From Planctomycetota bacterium (GTDB lineage Bacteria > Planctomycetota > UBA11346): 61,786 nucleotides of DNA. A model generated the notes under the pieces. The model was not told the origin of the DNA. It saw only the letters and a list, made by a program, of their open reading frames with translations, and searched no databases. The stretch covers positions 1 through 61,786 of the forward strand of contig REDP01000245.1 in NCBI GenBank assembly GCA_007693455.1. Reading direction: 5' to 3'. Within the stretch, counting starts at the first letter, position 1. Each line of letters begins with the position of its first letter. Made by a program: the position numbers and the translations under genes. This document shows positions 28,389 through 36,199 of this stretch, in pieces.

Positions 28389-29651
28389 ATGCACGCCACG
28401 ACCCTACGTTTCTGGTTATGGGGACTCACCCTTGCCCTCTGCGGCTTGGGTATGGTGATGGTGGCGTCAACGACAACCATCCGCGGAGCAGAGCTCGGCC
28501 TCAACTATCGTGCCATGAGTATTCAGGGCATGGCCTTTGTGGTGGGACTTATTGTTGCCGTAGTCATCTCCTTGTGCGGTATGCGCGTACTGCGCAATGG
28601 GTACTTAATCGCCATGGCAACCGTAGCCGTGGCGACATCATTGGTCGTCCTGCCCTACATTGCGACGCCCATTAATGGCGCCTATCGCTGGATTAATCTG
28701 GGTCCCTTTAATATCCAGCCAGCGGAATTAGCCAAAGTGGTTATGGTTTTGGCCGCGGCTTGGCATTTGGTGCGCCTACAAGAACGCGTGCGCGTCCACT
28801 GGGATGGTGTTTTACTTCCCTTGGCTGGCTTTGGCGTAGTTGCCTTTCTCGTCTATCGCACCCAAGACTTGGGCTCTGTGGTAGTGATGGGCTTAGTCCT
28901 CTGGGCGATGATGTTTTTCGCGCGTACTCGCTGGTTGTATTTTACCGTTTTGGGTCTGGCGAGCCTGCCCATGGTTGCCTATGTCACCGTCTTTAGTCAA
29001 GGCTATCGCCGAGATCGCATGCTCGCATTCCGTGACCCCTGGACGGCAGATGGTCCTGCTGCCTATCATTTACAGCAGAGCGAGCTTTCGATTGGTTCTG
29101 GGGGGGTCTTTGGCGTAGGGCTTGGACAGGGGGCCTCGAAGCAGGGGTTCTTACCAGAATTTCATACCGACTTTGTCTACGCCATCATTTGTGAAGAATT
29201 GGGAATGCTGGGTGGAGTTGCGGTGGCTGGGGCCTTTTTACTCTTGGTTTTAGTGGGCCTGAGTATCGCCAATCGTAGTGAAGATCGCTATGCCCGTTTG
29301 GTCGCCATTGGGGCCACGGTGCTCTTGGGTTTCCAAGCCTTTTGGAACATGCTCGTAGTCACTGGGGCGGTGCCGACCAAGGGACTTACTCTTCCCTTCA
29401 TTAGTTATGGTGGCACCAGCCTGGTGGTGAGCATGGCTCTCATCGGGATGCTTGACGCGGCCGCGCGCACCATTCCCGTTACGGCGCCTGGAAGATCACT
29501 GAGTAGCACTCGCATTGGAGCGATTGTGGTGCAGCGCGATCGTCCCACCGCCGCGCAACGCCTGCGCCGTATCACTACCGATCCAGTATCGCGAGCCTGG
29601 CACCGTCTTACCGGTAGTCATCAGCGCCGAGAAGGGGGGCGATCCCCTTAA
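28389..29651 (+). CDS. ftsW: SEDS-family peptidoglycan glycosyltransferase FtsW
   Basis: QPAELAKV, PEFHTDFVYAIICEELG and LPFISYGGTS motifs; dcw position. Confidence 0.9.
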   Translation: MHATTLRFWLWGLTLALCGLGMVMVASTTTIRGAELGLNYRAMSIQGMAFVVGLIVAVVISLCGMRVLRNGYLIAMATVAVATSLVVLPYIATPINGAYRWINLGPFNIQPAELAKVVMVLAAAWHLVRLQERVRVHWDGVLLPLAGFGVVAFLVYRTQDLGSVVVMGLVLWAMMFFARTRWLYFTVLGLASLPMVAYVTVFSQGYRRDRMLAFRDPWTADGPAAYHLQQSELSIGSGGVFGVGLGQGASKQGFLPEFHTDFVYAIICEELGMLGGVAVAGAFLLLVLVGLSIANRSEDRYARLVAIGATVLLGFQAFWNMLVVTGAVPTKGLTLPFISYGGTSLVVSMALIGMLDAAARTIPVTAPGRSLSSTRIGAIVVQRDRPTAAQRLRRITTDPVSRAWHRLTGSHQRREGGRSP

Positions 29652-29854
29652 TGCGTTCCAAAGTTTTTTTTCAACTTACACAGTTTTCCTGTCAGCGCGC
29701 TGGCAGGAGCATACCCCTTGGTGACGTGTGTGGCGACACCGTGGGCTATGCTGTTGGGAGTCCCGAGCAGCGTCGGTTCTCCTTCCGTGATCGAGCCATC
29801 CCATCGTCAGTGGTTCCCCGCAAGGCCACATCAGACGATGATGGCTCCCCTGTC

Positions 29855-29927
29855 GCATCCCATCACCTCCCTGAAACGATATCCATGCCCCCGCAACGTG
29901 GATGGTATCAGGGAGGTGTTGGGATGC
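29855..29927 (+). other. Long imperfect hairpin (19 of 20 bp) pairing an anti-SD-like arm with an SD-like arm
   Basis: GCATCCCATCACCTCCCTGA (29855-29874) pairs with TCAGGGAGGTGTTGGGATGC (29908-29927), with one T-T mismatch. Confidence 0.6.
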
Positions 29928-29999
29928 CCAGCATCACTCATCGGTGTGGCGATGAACGGTGCTATGGGTTAATGGTCACCCTGCCAGCGCTTCTTTCAG

Positions 30000-30345
30000 G
30001 GTTTTTTTGTTTCGGGGGGCGATGCCCCCCAAACCCCCCGACTGGCTTTGTCGGGGCTCGCGTTTCGCGGCTGCGCCGCTGCACGCGTGGCTGGATCGCT
30101 TCGCGATTATATCCAGCCACCGCCCCTCGGCGCCAGACAGGGCTTCGCCCTCGTTTGGCAGAGGTTTTTCGCGGTATTGTCTCGGACAGATTTGGCGCGT
30201 TTCGCGGCTGCGCCGCTGTACGCGTGGCTGGGGGCTTGGAGCTCGAAGGCAGTCGCAGCCCCCAAGAGACAAAAAGCGCTTCGACCTCGTTTTGGGGAGG
30301 TTTTTTTCGGTGGAGCTGGGGTCACCCGCCACTGGCTTTGTTGGG
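30000..30345 (+). repeat. Degenerate ~137-bp tandem repeat (about 2.5 units) with a conserved 35-nt box and unit-specific hairpins
   Basis: Box GCGTTTCGCGGCTGCGCCGCTG(C/T)ACGCGTGGCTGG at 30060-30094 and 30197-30231 (34/35 identical). ACTGGCTTTGT(C/T)GGGG at 30041 and 30331. GCTTCG(C/A)CCTCGTTT..GAGG+T-run at 30142-30170 and 30278-30308. Confidence 0.75.
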
Positions 30346-30546
30346 GGTTCCCGGGACCGCCGGTCTCCCGACCGGCCCATCGAGATCGCTTGCGCGCACA
30401 GGCGTGGTCTCCCTCAGGGCACTCCACAACCCCAGATTTCAGGCGTCAATGCGTTTTCTCACCTCGCTGTTTCAGGCGGTCAGGAGAGTGGCGTTTCCCG
30501 GTCCGTTTTCCTTCAGCTGGGCAGGTTGGGGTGATGGGATGATGGT

Positions 30547-31629
30547 ATGAGACGAGGGCATGGGATCGTATTGTGTGGTGGGGGCACGGGGGGGCATATT
30601 ATGCCTGGTCTTGCTCTGGCTGCGGCGTGTCGGGCCTTAGGTGCTGAGGATGTGCGTTGGATTGGCGATCCTGATCGCTTGGAAGCACAGTTGGTACCGC
30701 AGGCGAATATTCCACTATTGCCTTGGGGCTTATCGCGGCCGCGGCTGCGTTCGCCGCGTTGGTGGATGCAGGCCCTACGTCGTGCCTGGCATTGCTGGCG
30801 GAGTATGCGCACCCAGCCACCGCGGGTGGTGGTGGCCTTGGGTGGCTATGCGGCATTGCTGCCTGGTCTCTTGGCCGCGTTGCAGCGCCGTCCATTGGTG
30901 GTGCTCGAGCAAAACGCCTGGCCTGGTCGCACCAATCGTCTGCTGGCGCGAGTGGCGGACGTGGTGGTTACCCAGTTTGCTGAGGTCGAACGCCATTTGC
31001 CGCGGGCCAAGGCACGGCGCCTGGGTAATCCTGTGCGTGCGTTCCCCCGTCGCCTGCGCGGCCAGGATCCCACCATTACCGTTTTGATTATGGGTGGAAG
31101 TTTAAGCGCCCGCTCCCTCAATGATGCGGTGAGTGCGTCGGCTCCTGCCCTGTCTCAAATAGGCGGTGTACGCATTATTCATTTGGCGGGTGCCGATGAC
31201 TGTCAGCGCATGGCAGAAGTCTACGCGCAGCATGGCCTGGATGCCCAGGTGCACGCTTTTATTCAGGATATGGAGCCCATCTACGCAGCAGCTGATTTGG
31301 CCCTGTGTCGGGCTGGGGCCACCACTGTGGCGGAGTGCTGTAGTTGTGGCCTTGGTGCTATTTATATTCCCTTGCCCTGGGCAGCAGAGGATCATCAGAC
31401 TGCCAATGCTCGTGCTGTGGCACGGGTGGGTGGGGCGGTGGTGCTGCCCCAGGATGCGCTCAATGCCGCTTCTCTGCGCTATCTGCTGACCCGTCTTTTG
31501 CAGGATCGTAGTGTGCTCCGGCGTTTGGGGGAACGTGCCGCGAGCATTGATTGTCCGCAGGCTGCTCGGCGCGTGGCTCTCCTGTGTCAAGCTGTGGTTG
31601 GACATGCCAAGGGGGCGTCTCGATGGTAG
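30547..31629 (+). CDS. murG: UDP-GlcNAc:lipid I GlcNAc transferase
   Basis: GGGTGGHIMPGLALA N-terminal motif; glycosyltransferase family 28 layout. Confidence 0.92.
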   Translation: MRRGHGIVLCGGGTGGHIMPGLALAAACRALGAEDVRWIGDPDRLEAQLVPQANIPLLPWGLSRPRLRSPRWWMQALRRAWHCWRSMRTQPPRVVVALGGYAALLPGLLAALQRRPLVVLEQNAWPGRTNRLLARVADVVVTQFAEVERHLPRAKARRLGNPVRAFPRRLRGQDPTITVLIMGGSLSARSLNDAVSASAPALSQIGGVRIIHLAGADDCQRMAEVYAQHGLDAQVHAFIQDMEPIYAAADLALCRAGATTVAECCSCGLGAIYIPLPWAAEDHQTANARAVARVGGAVVLPQDALNAASLRYLLTRLLQDRSVLRRLGERAASIDCPQAARRVALLCQAVVGHAKGASRW

Positions 31630-33014
31630 TTTCAGGCCTCGATTTCAGGGCCGCCCATGTGCATCTCATGGGGATCGCTGGCGCGGGTATGAGCGCACTT
31701 GTGCCCCTACTGCAGCAAGCAGGTGCGCAGGTGAGCGGTTGTGATTTGGCGGCAGTGCCGCCCAATCACCATCTCCATGGCTGCGGGGTCTCCATTGCCT
31801 TGGGGCACGATGCGGGGCATTTGCCTGGGGTGGATATAGTGGTGCATTCTTCGGCAGTGGATCAGCGCAATCCCGAACTCCAGGCGGCGCGCGAGGCCGA
31901 CATTACCGTCCTCTCTCGGCAGGCCTGTTTGGCGGAATTACTGCGCGGGCGGCGCACCCTGGCAGTGGCAGGATCGCACGGCAAAACCTCGACCGCCTGG
32001 ATGATCGGCCACCTGCTTCTGGCCCAGGGGCGCGACCCAGTGGTGCTGGTAGGAGGGGCAGTTGCCCATCTCGGCGGCGGTGGTGCGCATGTGGGGGCGG
32101 GAGATGTGGTAGTGGTGGAGGTGGATGAAAGCGATGGCGGCTTTGCCCATACCAGTCCAGAAATCGCCGTGCTTACCAATCTGGAGGCCGAGCACTTGGA
32201 TCATTATGGTAGCGAAGAATCGTTGTACCGAGCCTTTGCCCAGTGGTTGCAAGCAGTGCCAGCACAGGGCACGCTGATTATTCCTGATCAGGGCCTACCA
32301 CCAGGGCTTCTCGATCAGGTGCAGGCGCAACAACGAGCGGTAGGACTTTGCTCTGGATCGGTACAGGCGCATGATCTCCACTGCCATCCAGAAGGATCGC
32401 AGTGTCGTGTGCACATAGATGGTGTGGATTACGGCCCTCTCAACGTGCCCATTCCTGGCACCCATATGGTGCATAATGCGCTGATGGCAGTTGCTGCAGT
32501 ACATGCCCTGTGTGGTGAAGCTCCTTGTGCTGCCATGGCCAGCAGCGGCCGTGTAGGTCGTCGATTTACCGATCATGGTCGTTATCGCGGGGTGCGGGTG
32601 ATCGAGGATTATGCCCATCATCCTACCGAAATCCGTGCTACTTTGGCTGCGGCCGCCTTGGCTGGTGGGCGTCTCCAGGTTCTCTTTCAGCCCCATCGCT
32701 TTACTCGTACGCGCGATCTTCTGTCCTCCTTCGCCACGGCCTTTACCCAGGCCCATGCTCTGGCGGTGGTGCCGACTTATGCGGCGAGTGAAGCTCCTGT
32801 GGCTGGAGGTGATGCCGCAACCTTGGCCTCGGCAGTCATGCAAACCATGAGTGATCCCGCCCGTGTCCAGTTTGTCCATCATTGGGCCACGGCCATTGCC
32901 TTTATTTGTGCCCACGCTCGCTACGGCGACACGGTATTGATCTTGGGTGCAGGCGATATTGGCGAGAGTGTTCCCGATGTAGTGCATGAGCTGCAAAGTA
33001 CGGAGGCGCACTAA
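31623..33014 (+). CDS. murC: UDP-N-acetylmuramate--L-alanine ligase
   Basis: Start taken at ATG 31623 (7-nt overlap with murG), giving MVVSGLDFRAAHVHLMGIAGAGMSAL. AGSHGKTST P-loop. Confidence 0.92.
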   Translation: MVVSGLDFRAAHVHLMGIAGAGMSALVPLLQQAGAQVSGCDLAAVPPNHHLHGCGVSIALGHDAGHLPGVDIVVHSSAVDQRNPELQAAREADITVLSRQACLAELLRGRRTLAVAGSHGKTSTAWMIGHLLLAQGRDPVVLVGGAVAHLGGGGAHVGAGDVVVVEVDESDGGFAHTSPEIAVLTNLEAEHLDHYGSEESLYRAFAQWLQAVPAQGTLIIPDQGLPPGLLDQVQAQQRAVGLCSGSVQAHDLHCHPEGSQCRVHIDGVDYGPLNVPIPGTHMVHNALMAVAAVHALCGEAPCAAMASSGRVGRRFTDHGRYRGVRVIEDYAHHPTEIRATLAAAALAGGRLQVLFQPHRFTRTRDLLSSFATAFTQAHALAVVPTYAASEAPVAGGDAATLASAVMQTMSDPARVQFVHHWATAIAFICAHARYGDTVLILGAGDIGESVPDVVHELQSTEAH

Positions 33015-33958
33015 TGTGGTCGTCTGCTCTACGTCAACGCAATGACATTGCCCAGATCCCCCTGGCCCAGCTTACCACTTGGCGCATTGGGGGCATGGCA
33101 GACGTACTTACCCTGAGTAATGAGCAGGACATTCCCGAGGTAATGGCGCAAAGCGAGCATCATTTTTTAGGGAAGGGGGCCAATCTTTTAGTCAGCGATG
33201 CCCCTTTGCGTAAACCAGTGATCCGGCTGGATCGGCGCTTTGCATCCAGTGAATGGGTGGCTCCAGGTTTATTGCGAGTTGGGGCTGCGCATGATCTCGC
33301 AGTGTTGGTGGGACGGTGCTGTCGTGAAGGATGGGGTGGTTTACAGGGATTAGCGGGGGTTCCGGCCAGTATTGGTGGCGCATTGCGCATGAATGCAGGT
33401 ACGGCCCATGCGTGGATTCTTGATGTGGTGGAGCGGGTACAGGTTGTTGTGCCTGGTGCAGGGCAGCTGCAATGGCTCCATCGTTCAGAACTCACTCCAG
33501 TATATCGCAGTGCCGGTTTGCCCCCAGGGACCTGGTTGCTCGCCTGCGAGCTGCGCTTGCACCGGGCGGATCCTGAAGAACTGCTGGCTCATATGCGTCA
33601 GTGTAAGCAGGCCAAGGCAGCCTCGCAGCCCCTTGCCCAGGCCTCCGCTGGATGTGTGTTTAAGAACCCGCAGCCAGACTTGCCGGCAGGAAAACTCATT
33701 GATAGCTTGGGGCTCAAGGGACGCTCCTGTGGAGCTGCGGTTGTTTCAACGCAGCATGCGAATTTTATTATCAATACAGGCGGCGCGACGGCGGCTCAGG
33801 TGGCGCGATTGATACGTCATGTGCGCGCCGTTGCCAAGCAACAAGCAGATATTGATTTGCAGATGGAAGTGCAGGTATGGGAAATGGATGACCAATGGTT
33901 TGCCCCGCAACGGGGTGACGAGGTGCCGCCGCAGGAGGAAGATGATCATGTACGTTGA
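33014..33958 (+). CDS. murB: UDP-N-acetylenolpyruvoylglucosamine reductase
   Basis: FAD-binding-type N-terminus (TTWRIGG...), GSAGCVFKNP-like block (ASAGCVFKNP). TAATG junction with murC. Confidence 0.9.
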   Translation: MWSSALRQRNDIAQIPLAQLTTWRIGGMADVLTLSNEQDIPEVMAQSEHHFLGKGANLLVSDAPLRKPVIRLDRRFASSEWVAPGLLRVGAAHDLAVLVGRCCREGWGGLQGLAGVPASIGGALRMNAGTAHAWILDVVERVQVVVPGAGQLQWLHRSELTPVYRSAGLPPGTWLLACELRLHRADPEELLAHMRQCKQAKAASQPLAQASAGCVFKNPQPDLPAGKLIDSLGLKGRSCGAAVVSTQHANFIINTGGATAAQVARLIRHVRAVAKQQADIDLQMEVQVWEMDDQWFAPQRGDEVPPQEEDDHVR

Positions 33959-34865
33959 CGTATTGTACGGTGGTCCAGGGCATGAACGTGCCATATCCAT
34001 TCAATCCGGCCAAGCTTTTGCTGCGGCGCTGCGGGAGCGTGGCTTTGATGTGATGGAGGTCATGGTTGATCAGCAATGTGATTGTTCGGCGTTGCGAGCG
34101 CAGGCCGTGGTTGCCAACCTCATCCATGGTCAATATGGTGAAGATGGCCAGTTGCAGCAGGTCTTGCAGGAGGCGGGTAAATCATTTATCGGCTCTGATG
34201 CGCAGGCGAGTGCCCTGTGCATGGATAAAGGGCGCATGCGTGCAAAGGCTCAAGAGCATGGGGTTCCCGTTGCCTGGGGTATGGTACTTGACCCCCGCAA
34301 TCCAGCAGCTGCGCGCGACTGCGTCCCGCCAACAATGACCGGATTAGTGATCAAGCCCTGCGCTGATGGTTCATCGGTGGGTATGCGTCTTTTGCCCAGT
34401 AAAAGTTTTCTCCTTCCCGCTCTGGAAGAATTACTTGCTGAATTGGGGCCAGTGCCGTTCTTGGTGGAGGAGCGATTGCCAGGCCCAGAGTATTCGGTTC
34501 CGTTGTTAGAGCGCGATGGAAAGATTCATCCCTTGCCTCCGATTTGCATTATTCCGGCCCAGGGTGTCTATGACTTTGCGGCAAAATATGAGCGTAATGA
34601 CACCCAATATACCAAGCTCGATGATCCCGCGTTATATGCGCTTTTGCAGGAGCGAGCGGTGACGTGTTTTCGCTCAGCAGGATGTCGACACCTCGCACGG
34701 GTTGATTTTATGGCTGCCGCAGACGGTGATCCTAAGATGCTGGAGGTCAACACCTTGCCAGGATTTACCAGTCATTCCTTAGTGCCCATGGCGGCACAGT
34801 GGGAGGGTATGTCATTTGCCCAATTATGTGAGCATGTAGTGGGATTGGCGGCGCCGGTGGCGTAG
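33948..34865 (+). CDS. ddl: D-alanine--D-alanine ligase
   Basis: ATG 33948 follows AGGAGG (33933-33938) and gives MYVDVLYGGPGHERAISIQSG. ATP-grasp blocks; EVNTLPGFT near the C-terminus. Confidence 0.9.
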   Translation: MYVDVLYGGPGHERAISIQSGQAFAAALRERGFDVMEVMVDQQCDCSALRAQAVVANLIHGQYGEDGQLQQVLQEAGKSFIGSDAQASALCMDKGRMRAKAQEHGVPVAWGMVLDPRNPAAARDCVPPTMTGLVIKPCADGSSVGMRLLPSKSFLLPALEELLAELGPVPFLVEERLPGPEYSVPLLERDGKIHPLPPICIIPAQGVYDFAAKYERNDTQYTKLDDPALYALLQERAVTCFRSAGCRHLARVDFMAAADGDPKMLEVNTLPGFTSHSLVPMAAQWEGMSFAQLCEHVVGLAAPVA

Positions 34866-34921
34866 TTGACTCGGCTAGATGAGCAAGAAGAAAAAGTTTT
34901 TTATTTGAGGAGATCACAAGT

Positions 34922-35902
34922 ATGCCGCGAAAAAAAGTTCAGACCCACAGTGTTGATGATGCCCAAGATTTATTGGCAGTAGCCCAGCGTAAGCGCGCTG
35001 GTAAGCAGGCTCCAGCAGCAGTTCAAACAAGCCGCAAAAAAGCTGGGGAGCGAGAAGAAAGCGTGAGTCGCGGGGATAGTGACCCATGGAATGCCCATAG
35101 TGGAGATGATGATACGCGAAGGGGGGCCGATTGGCCCACATTCTTGCTGACAGCAGTGGCTGTTGTGGTAATCGTTCTCACCGGAATGTCCTTGCGTATG
35201 GCGCCTCCCGCCGCGCAGCATACTGAAGTACTCGCGCCCGATGGTGTGCCCACTGATCTTATGCGTGAGTGGCTACGAGGATTTCATGATAGCGAACTTC
35301 TCTTCCGTCGTCCAGACGCCCAAACCCTTGATGCCTTTGCCGCCTATTTACGTAATCGTACGGCTGTGGACGAGGTGCATTCGGTGCGTTTACGGCATCA
35401 TCATCAGGCTGGTAGACATCCCATGAAGTTGGCCATAGATGTCACTTTGCATCGGCCCATGCTGCCTGTGATGCTGGCTAATGGAGAGCGAGCCTGGCTT
35501 GGCGAGCGCGGCCATATTCTTCCTGGAATATTACCCGGCCCCAGTGATCGTCCGTTGGTTCGTGGTATTGAGTATGCTGACGGCAGTATAGTTGACGAAA
35601 TTGTTGCCGTATGGCCTCAATTGCATACGCGTTTGCACCGAACAATGCCAGGACTTATTCGCGAGATTCACGCCCATGCGCCATTGCCCAATAGTGATGA
35701 TCATGGAGTGATTTTCACCACCAGCCCAGGCACCGTGTTGGTATGGGGCAATCCCGAAGAAAGTCGTTATGGGGTCAGTCGCGAACAGCGACTGAGTAAC
35801 CTCATTCATACCCTACGCTCTCAGGGTGACTTACGCCGCGTTCCCGAGATCAATGTGCGCTTTCATGAGCCCTTCGCTGTGGTTGCCTCGCAACCCCGTT
35901 AA
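34922..35902 (+). CDS. ftsQ: FtsQ/DivIB-like cell division protein
   Basis: Basic N-terminal tail, single TM (FLLTAVAVVVIVLTGM), then a ~230-aa periplasmic domain. It sits right after ddl. GAGGAG SD present. Confidence 0.6.
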   Translation: MPRKKVQTHSVDDAQDLLAVAQRKRAGKQAPAAVQTSRKKAGEREESVSRGDSDPWNAHSGDDDTRRGADWPTFLLTAVAVVVIVLTGMSLRMAPPAAQHTEVLAPDGVPTDLMREWLRGFHDSELLFRRPDAQTLDAFAAYLRNRTAVDEVHSVRLRHHHQAGRHPMKLAIDVTLHRPMLPVMLANGERAWLGERGHILPGILPGPSDRPLVRGIEYADGSIVDEIVAVWPQLHTRLHRTMPGLIREIHAHAPLPNSDDHGVIFTTSPGTVLVWGNPEESRYGVSREQRLSNLIHTLRSQGDLRRVPEINVRFHEPFAVVASQPR

Positions 35903-36199
35903 AGACCGCTGGGACGAGTAGTTGACGGAGTTTTCCACATTGACGGTGCAGGTGAGGCCTGAGCCAACTGTCAAGGGATAATGTCAAGGAATCCTGCCTT
36001 TGTGCCCTCACACGGTGTAATAATCTCTAGGCGAGCGACTTTGGATATCACGTAAAACATTCATAAATATCGGTTTAGCTTGATTCTCGTAGGGCGGGGG
36101 GCGCTTCGGCGCAATTATCGTTGAATGCCGTCTACTGGCCGAGGGAGCGAGCGTTGCTCTCTCTGCTGACAACTTTTCCACATTTCACTTTTCTTCTTC

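Larger units (their letters stand above)
29651..30550 (+). other. 299-codon open frame exactly filling the ftsW-murG gap; coding status doubtful
   Basis: TAATG overlap with the ftsW stop and ATGA overlap with the murG start. However, the composition is R/G/P/S/C/W-rich, codons are rare ones, and the internal DNA repeats are read in different frames. Confidence 0.2.

Noticed and set aside
30060-30231. Possible CRISPR-like array (35-nt repeats)
   Set aside because: There are only two copies, the spacer is ~102 nt (far too long) and itself part of a larger 137-bp tandem unit, and no cas genes are in the window.
29652-30546. Decayed murD pseudogene
   Set aside because: None of the six frames shows Mur-ligase hallmarks (N-terminal GxGxSG, GTNGKT P-loop). 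The content is repeats and hairpins, so it does not look like eroded murD. Only a sensitive profile search could fully exclude this.
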